DNA from: Octopus sinensis
Lineage: Eukaryota
DNA: 64,000 nt
Reading direction: 5' to 3'
Assembly: GCF_006345805.1 (NCBI RefSeq)
Contig: NC_043001.1
Coordinates: 77,066,001 to 77,130,000, forward strand
The position numbers and the translations under genes were made by a program. Every line of letters starts with the position of its first letter. The stretch's first letter is position 1. Below, piece after piece: positions 55,946 through 64,000 of this stretch. Below the pieces are notes generated by a model, which saw only the letters and a list, made by a program, of their open reading frames with translations, was not told where the DNA came from and did not search any database.

Positions 55946-56906
55946 CAAGGTTGGGGGTCTTGTCTGAAAATCATATAGAAATATATATCACCAACTTGAT
56001 TTCAACTGGTATTCATTTTAAAGACCCCAGAAGGGGTGACCTTAGCGGCACTTGGATTCATAATATAATGAACGATTGCTAACTACCCCAATTATTTTGT
56101 CCGATCATCTTGCAATTCTTCCACCCTGCTATCCGATTCAATAATGTCTCCGCATCCCAGAAAAAACCTAATCACTTTAGTTTTATTCCCAATCCAGCTT
56201 TGAGCGAGCAAACCTATGATCAAAAGATTTTTGTGGTGACGGTCCCATCTTTTTGTATACCTTGATCTACATTGTCCAATTTATCCTTCTTTATTTAAGA
56301 CTTGTGAATAGTTTGAAGGTGATACAACTGCTATTTCTCATTGTTCGAGCTACTCCTTAGCGGCATTGTCATTGACGCGTTGCGAACTGGAGTTAAGGCC
56401 TTATTTTTTTTTTCTCCTCCTGCTACTTGTTGCTTTTAAAATAATTTCGTTTTGCTTCACTACGTAAAGAAAATTACATTTTAAAAGGCATAAATGCCAT
56501 ACAGTCTCCTTACCCACACCCTCTCTTAAAACCGAGACATTTTATTATTTGCAAAAGTCGTACCAGTGACACACTTCTATAAGCCTGTCAAAAACCTACC
56601 GCACCCATCCTCTCATTCCATATTCACAAAAAACGCGAAGGTTATCACTTCCCAATTACTTCCACCCTTATCTTTCCTGTCTATATATTCAGAATATTCG
56701 TATATCTCGACGTTCATAATCGGTGAGTTTATTTAAGTGACGGGACACTTATATATCATTGCAACATTTTAATTAACGTCGTTTTACGTTTCTGAGCTCA
56801 AATCACGTCACTGAGAGAGGAAACTTACCTTTTCATCCCGTGGTTTTGTGCCTACATCATAAATCTATAAATGGTGTTTGAAATTGAATTTAAACTTTAG
56901 CACTTG

Positions 56907-56957
<51 letters not shown>

Positions 56958-57348
56958 GTATACACTATACCCACACATATATATATATTCATCGATAGCT
57001 ATGATACACCAATATACGAACACGCATACACAGGTGACTCACATTCGTTTCATTCATTTAAACATACACACATATATACAAACATTCACACAGTGAATGA
57101 ATGTTAATAGCTTAAACCAATTCCTTTCGGATTTTACCATCGACGACTCCGTCGCCTACTTAGCAAAACGATAAAAGTTTAAAAAGAAAAAAGATAGAGA
57201 AGAGAGTGGAAACATTGAGTTTGGAAGATATATCCAGGAATAATTAAATTAAAAAAAAAAAATATTACAAGAACCACCGAAAATTTAACTTTATTAATAA
57301 TTATTATTTTTAAAATTTCAACAGCGAAAAACAAAAAAAGTTTTAATT

Positions 57349-57396
57349 ATGAAGAACAGTGAAGAAGCTCATAAAGTTACTGAACAAATTTACAAG
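57349..57396 (+). CDS. BAIAP2: First coding exon of a BAIAP2/IRSp53-like I-BAR (IMD) domain protein
   Basis: MKNSEEAHKVTEQIYK followed by a phase-0 GTAAGA donor. It aligns with the vertebrate IRSp53 N-terminus SRSEEMHRLTENVYK, where (from recall) exon 1 also ends. Only 16 codons, so paralog identity (BAIAP2 vs BAIAP2L) is uncertain. Confidence 0.7.
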
Positions 57397-58414
57397 GTAA
57401 GAAGACTTTCAACTTCATGTTTTTGCTTCTCATTTCAGTCGTATCTTGTTCTCTCTGGTGTTTTATTTCCTATTTCTTGTTATAATTATTTACTTAAAAA
57501 AGAAAAACGTCTTGTGTTATAGATATTTAAATATATTATTTACAACATTATGGTGTGGGTACTTTTTTAAGATTTTCACATCAAACAAAAAGAAAACCCC
57601 CGAAAAACAACAGAACAACCTGTCCTAAGAATGAAAGAAACCTCGATTCTTTATTGATTTCGTGTATATACATACATATTTTTTGTGTACGGTTAAAACT
57701 AAGGTTAATCGAAAACTATCATTTGTATATTATGTATGCTTTTAACTCATTTCACCGTCTTTTCCTTCCCTCTCTATTATCCTTTATGTAACCCTCTACC
57801 AACACAAATTGTAGACTGTTCTTGTGATATAGCATTCTTAAACACCTGTGGCAAAATAAAAGAAATCATCACCATAACCATCATGATGATCATCATGTTT
57901 GTTGTTTACGGAGTCAGCTATAAGACATATCTGAAGTGGGTTGCCAAGTGTGGGAAAATATCGATGATAATTTACTAATTATAGACACAATATTTCCTCC
58001 GTCATATTTTTTGCCATATCCCTTCAACCCTGTTAGAAACATGTTCTTTCACGTTCACACATATCATTCTGTGGTTTACAAAGTGGTTACCATTATTATT
58101 TTCACCTAGCTCTGTCAAACATGTTTACTGATTTACTAAATAATTTTCGAATGATTGGGTTTATGTAATCAGCTCTGATCGAATTCATCATCGAAGACGT
58201 TCCAACTTCTATATCGCGTCTTTTCGTTCATTGTGTCCCCCCTTCTTAGTGTGTCATTTCCATTGGATTTGGTTGATATTTCTAGCAAAACGAGTGACGG
58301 CATATAGCTTTACTTGTTGGTTCTTCGAATGTTGTTGCTGTATTATTTAGCCCCAGATCAGCCCTAGTATTGCACACCTATTCTCAGAGGGGCTCTAACC
58401 ATGACCATCTAGTC

Positions 58415-58725
58415 GGTACTATTTAAGAAGAGTGGTCCTGGTGCGCGCACTCGCGTAGTCGCGCATCCGCGCTAGCTAGTCGTGACTAATCGATCCATTG
58501 TGTTTTTGTTTTATTTACTTCGTTTAAAAAAATTTATTTACTTTGTGTTTTTGCGTTTTATTTACTTTGTTTTAAAAAAATATTTACTTTGTGTAAAAAT
58601 GATTTATTTTGTGTTTTATTTACTTTGTTAGGTAGTCGTTGTAGGTTCGACTAGTCACGACTAGCTAGCGCGGCTGCGCGAGCACGCGAGTGCGCGCACT
58701 GGGACCACTCTTCTTAAGTAGTATC
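58415..58725. mobile_element. Merlin-like MITE, long copy of the 44649 family
   Basis: TIR GGTACTATTTAAGAAGAGTGGTCC and TSD CATCTAGTC (58406-14, 58726-34). Confidence 0.8.
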
Positions 58726-59099
58726 CATCTAGTCTTATAACCAGGAACTACATTATCTAATGTGGCTTTTCTGTTTTAAGGCGCAGGGTGAGATTCGGAA
58801 GAGATTTGGCTGCTTTTCTAGCAGATCGAGCGACTGATCAGCGGCTTCTGCATTATCTACATATGTAAACAAATCAGAGATTTATAAATGCTGATAGCGT
58901 AAACAATTGTTTATGAAAATGCTGATTATGTAAACAATTAAATTAATTGTTTATAAATAATGATTACGTATAAATAATGATTACGTTAATTTATTTATTT
59001 ATTTTCACTGATTTTTATAATATCCCACATTCTGAAATATTTGTAGTTCAAATTAAAAAAAATTTGGTTGCGCTCCTGCGACCGGGTGTTGAGGTTTAT

Positions 59100-59402
59100 T
59101 GCTCGGATCCTCTACGGTTGATCGTGGGTATTTTCCGAGCCCCCTCCCCACCCCTCCTTTGTCAGCGCGCTTTTTTTTCGTCATATTCCTTCAATATACG
59201 ATGCCTTACACCTGTTACATATATTTTTTTTCCATTTTTGCCACTTGGGCGCGGATCTAGTACGGTTGATTGTGGGAATTTTCCGAGCCCCCTCCCCTCC
59301 CGTTGTCAGCGCGTTTTTCTTTCGTCATATTCCTTCAATATACAATGCCTTACATCTGTTACACATATTTTTTTTCCATTTTTGCCACCTGGGCGCGGAT
59401 CT
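59100..59402. repeat. Tandem duplication of ~145 bp
   Basis: CGGATC...GGTTGAT..TGGG...TTCCGAGCCCCCTCCC...GTCATATTCCTTCAATATAC appears twice. Confidence 0.8.
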
Positions 59403-59991
59403 ATATATTAACCAAAATTTTTTCTCCAAAAATTTATGTTTTTATAATTTTAAACCCCAACCCTCGCCGATGAAAAACTATCAAATTAAAACGAATTAAA
59501 ATTTCTTCGTAAATTTTATAATATCATACATTCTGAAAACACTTGTAATTCATGTTTTTTCTTTAAAAAAATCCATGTTTTTCAAATTTACTTCTCTCTC
59601 ATTCCTCCCCCTCTTTGTATCTTTCATTCATTTTTCAGTATTAATGTTTGTCATACACTTGAAATTACCATTTTTGGGGAAAAAAGAAATTCTTCTAAAT
59701 TTTAATTTTTAAACATCTTTCGTACCCACGTCCACCAACTGCCTTTTGTTCGTTACCCCCAGACTTTATTTTTATTTACTTTTCAAAATTTATTCGAGAG
59801 ATTCCTCATTTAAAAGTAGCCTTAAAATTTTTTTCCCCAAGTTCTGGTTTTGTGTTTAGAAGTTTGCTTCCCAGCCAAATGGTTCCTGGTTCAGTTCCAC
59901 TGCATGGCACCTTGGACAAGTGTCTTCTACTAAAAGCTCCAGATTGACCAAAGTCTTGTGAGTGGATTTGGTAAATGGAAACTGAACGAAG

Positions 59992-60047
<56 letters not shown>

Positions 60048-60050
<3 letters not shown>

Positions 60051-60425
60051 ATATAAACGGCAGTTTGTCTGTGCGTGTTTCTGTGTGTCTGTTTGCTTGT
60101 ACCCTCACCCTGACCACGGCTTTCAACCGATTCTGATGAAACTTGACACACACATAGCCCAATGTCATAATTCAAAACTAACGCAGCGAAAATTTTGTAA
60201 AGTCCCCCCAGTTCTGAAAAAAATCGATAAATTCGACATGGGGTCGAGAATCAGAAACACAAACCACAAACTGTCTGGGGGGACGCAACTCCACCTTTTT
60301 TAACTCTCAAAAAAATTTACCATCATTTTTTTCCATTTCTTGGCTATTTTTTGGCTATAACTCTCTAAAAATGCTTTATAGTTATTTCCCTTACAAACCT
60401 GAGCAACGCCGGGCGATACTGCTAG
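60048..60425 (+). mobile_element. Non-autonomous Helitron
   Basis: A|TC 5' end; 3' CGCCGGGCG hairpin + CTAG|T; no TSD. Confidence 0.7.
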
Positions 60426-61269
60426 TATATATATAAATGACATCATTGAATTGACTGACTATATATATAGTCAGTCAATTCAAGGATGTCATTTCCTCAT
60501 TAGGAATTAATAAATCCAAAATTTCACTGGTTTAATTTCCATTACATTAGAATAAAATCTCCAGGATGTATTATGGATTATTATAATAGGTATTTATACC
60601 TATTGTGTGTGTGTGTGTGTTTGTGCCCCCACCACCGTTTGACAATTGGTTGGGCATAAGAGATTGGCACAATAAGTAACAGATTTTAAAAATCTATTAT
60701 ATAAAATCTGTTCTGTCTGTCTGTCTGTGTGTGTGTGTCTTCTAGGATCTTGGGCATCCTCCATCTGATTGTGTTCAAATTTGATATGTAGATACTGATG
60801 GTATCAGGGTGTGTATAAGTCTTGAAAAAATTACAAAAATCGATTCCAGGTGAGAATGTGATTGATAAAGCTGTGGGAACGTGCATTTGTACGTGCAAGT
60901 ACATCAGCTGTTGCGATCGATACTACGCGTACGCGAGAAAAATGCTCAGTGTCTCAAATTTAGGTTATAGCTGAAGATACTTGGCCAAGGTGCTGTGCAG
61001 TGGGACTGAACAGAGAACCATGTGATGGAGAAGCAAACTTTTTACCTCACAGTCAACACCGTGCCTTGAGGGCTTGCAGTCGGCAGGTGGATGTCTCCGG
61101 GATTGTTCAGCAGGATGCCTGAGACGTCAGCCTAAGACGTCGTCATCCCGGCGATGTCGCGAGATGCTATAACCCTAAGATGATCAAAGCTTTCTGAGAG
61201 GATTTGGCAGATGGAAACTGAAAGAAACCGGGTATATATATATATGTGTGTGTGGAAGACAGCGATTTT

Positions 61270-61900
61270 ACTTAGCTTGACACATCAAGTACAGCAAATC
61301 ACCACATCTCCTGCTCCCTTGTCATTTCCTCAGTGAGACCCAGCGTTCGAAAATCCTTTCTCATCACTTTGTCCCACTCCTTCGTGGGTCCACTCCTTCC
61401 ACAGGTCCCTTCCACAATTAGAGCTCTGCACTTTACACATCCATATGCATCACACAACCAAACAAGTGCAGTCTTCTCTCTTGCACACGAAATCTGATGC
61501 CTCTTACACCCAGTTTTCTCTTAAATCCTTTACTCAATGTTGTGCATGCACACTGACATTACCCATCCAGCAGAGTATGCTAGCTTCATTTCTTTCAAAT
61601 ACTCTGTAGTCAAAGCCTATGTTTCACTGCCATGTAACATAGCTGTATGTACACAGGCATCATACAAGCTGCTTTCATTGTGAGGGAGAGGCCCTTTGTT
61701 ACCAACAAAGGTAAAAGCTCTCTGAACTTTGCCCAGCCCGTTCTTATCCTAGCAACTACACTTTCAGAACTTCCTCCACCATTGCTAACTTGGTCTCTAT
61801 CTATCTATTACTTCTATTACTATCTATCTATTACTGGGTCTCTAGCTATCTCTTACTTCTAATGATCCATCTGAGCTTTTGAAGGTGATTGTCTGCCCAT
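61270..61900 (-). pseudogene. RTE LINE ORF2 C-terminal remnant
   Basis: Minus strand GWAKFRELLPLLVTKGLSL ... WDKVMRKDFRTLGLTEEMTR. Confidence 0.8.
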
Positions 61901-62477
61901 TTTTAGTACTTACTGTATCAGTACATTTGCCACACAATTAGTATTTGTATCAGGGGTTTTCAACCATTTTTAATCTATGGGCCACTTAGATATTTATTCT
62001 GGTGGACCCACATAGTCATTTGATGTTTAGAAACTTCTTTCCAAATTTTGTTCTTCACTCATTAACTTGTGCAGGTTGAACTATGTGAAACATTAGAGAA
62101 AGAAACCTAGCTGTTCCTTGCAATACATACCAATACATAAATCTAAAGCAAAAGTTTTTTCAGGGACCTTTAAAATACTATTCCAGACCCACCAAAATCT
62201 TATATGGACTCTGGTTGAAAACCACTGATTTATATCATTTTGTGTAAAGATATTTGATAAAACTTTAACCATAATTATTGCATATACACTGTATTTTCTG
62301 GTACAGGCTGTATGGTTAAGAAGGCTCTCATTGCAACCATGTGGTTTTTTTGTTCAGTCCCACTGCACTGCACTTTGGACAACTGTATTCTGCTGTAGCC
62401 CAAAGTTGACCAATATCTTATCAGTGGATTTGGTAGATGGAAACTGTGTAAGAGTCCATCATATATATATGTTTATA

Positions 62478-62852
62478 TATATGTATATAATTTAGAGAAA
62501 AAAAGCCTCTATTAAACAATTCAAAAATGAAAGATACTATTCACACCATATAGAAAACATACTATAAAAACCTTATTCTAAAAATCAATAAAGTTCTATA
62601 AAAAGTAAAGTATCAATAATCTTTTACTACTTTTTACTACTATTTACTATTTATTGCACTTTATTGATTTTTAGAATAATTTTTTTTCTATGTGGTGTGA
62701 ATAACATCTTTCATTTTTGAATTGTTTAATAGAGGGTTTTTTTTCTCTAAATTATATACATATATTATATATTGTAAAATTTGATTTAAATTTGTTAAAT
62801 TGAATTTTTCCCTGTAAGTTTTAGAATTATATTCCCTACTATTATTATTATG
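62478..62852. repeat. AT-rich fold-back repeat; same family as 36298-36425
   Basis: ~115-bp inverted arms (62478-62595, 62650-62766), and TTTTCCCTGTAAGTTT at ~62805, the inverse of AAACTTACAGGGAAAA at ~36313. Confidence 0.6.
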
Positions 62853-62864
62853 TTATATATGTGT

Positions 62865-62869
62865 GTGTG

Positions 62870-62916
<47 letters not shown>

Positions 62917-62956
62917 ATATATATATTATCTATGTTTATATATATATATATATATA

Positions 62957-62996
<40 letters not shown>

Positions 62997-63048
62997 TCTA
63001 TGTTTATATATATTATATATAATATATATATATATATTAATCTATGTT

Positions 63049-63079
<31 letters not shown>

Positions 63080-63088
63080 TTATCTATG

Positions 63089-63135
<47 letters not shown>

Positions 63136-63206
63136 TCTATGTTTATATATATATATATATAATTTAATATTAATATAATCTATATATATTATATATATTA
63201 ATCTAT

Positions 63207-63243
<37 letters not shown>

Positions 63244-63251
63244 TCTATGTT

Positions 63252-63288
<37 letters not shown>

Positions 63289-63366
63289 TCTATGTTTATA
63301 TACACGTATATATATAATATATATATATTATATATATATATATTAATCTATGTTTATATACACACG

Positions 63367-63399
<33 letters not shown>

Positions 63400-63490
63400 A
63401 TATATATATTAATCTATGTTTATATACACACGTATATATATATATATATATATATATATAATCTATGTTTATATACACACGTATATATAT
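62865..63490. repeat. Compound (AT)n with recurring ATTAATCTATGTTTATA unit
   Basis: Read directly; similar compound arrays at 45600-45850 (TTTACGATCA unit) and 54085-54240. Confidence 0.9.
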
Positions 63491-64000
63491 TTATATAAAC
63501 ACATACCTATATTTATACGTATACATGCACACACACACAATGGTAGTCTCGAGAGTCCAAGAAAGACGTTTCTGCAACTTCTTGAAGAGCAACCTGCACA
63601 GAAGACTGTTTATGATTATGTTGCACATTACCTCACTCCCTCCATCAAATAACACTGCCTGTACAGGAACACAGTGTGCAACACTTAAGATGCAACTTCA
63701 GATAAAAAATTTTCTCAAGAACAGAATGCACCACTGCTCAGTCCAAGAAACGAAACATGCTTTTGTGTTGTGTTTGTCCACCACCACCACCACTTGACAG
63801 TCAGTGTTGGTTTGTTTATGTCCCCCGTGCCTTTTTGTGGTCAGCAAAAGAGACTGATAGAATAGATACTGACTTTTAAAAATGTAAGTACTGGTGTCAA
63901 TTTGTTGAATTAAGTCCTTCAAGGTAGTGCAGGTTAAGTCCAAAAACTGAAACAGAAAGATAAAGATTACTCATGTGTGACAAATGCATATTTCCATTGT

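Noticed and set aside
63540-63652. Short open stretch GSLESPRKTFLQLLEEQ... as possible exon 2 of the BAIAP2-like gene
   Set aside because: No similarity to the expected TIMEQFNP continuation and no clear splice sites.

Overview
Repeat-dominated eukaryotic DNA, very likely an octopus (coleoid cephalopod) genome. This is inferred from the OK/OR-type tRNA SINEs and the very abundant AT/ATCT microsatellites. The only host-gene sequence I recognise is a 16-codon first coding exon of a BAIAP2/IRSp53-like I-BAR gene at 57349-57396; its intron 1 runs off the window. The rest is mariner, hAT, pogo and Merlin DNA elements, Helitron-like elements, RTE and Penelope/Naiad remnants, and many SINEs. The most striking structure is at 19.0-28.2 kb. 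Three divergent L1/Tx1-clade retrotransposons (two ORF1-only, one full-length EN-RT) are stacked head-to-tail, apparently at one site inside ORF1 of a fourth, older relative. A 14-bp target duplication flanks the full-length copy. These LINEs, a second Tx1-like LINE inserted in an (ATCT)n tract, and the local OK-type SINE all share one ~45-nt 3' tail. Several hammerhead-ribozyme-like folds and perfect hairpins are also present. All protein and RNA-structure assignments were made by eye, and most boundaries without a stated TSD are approximate.
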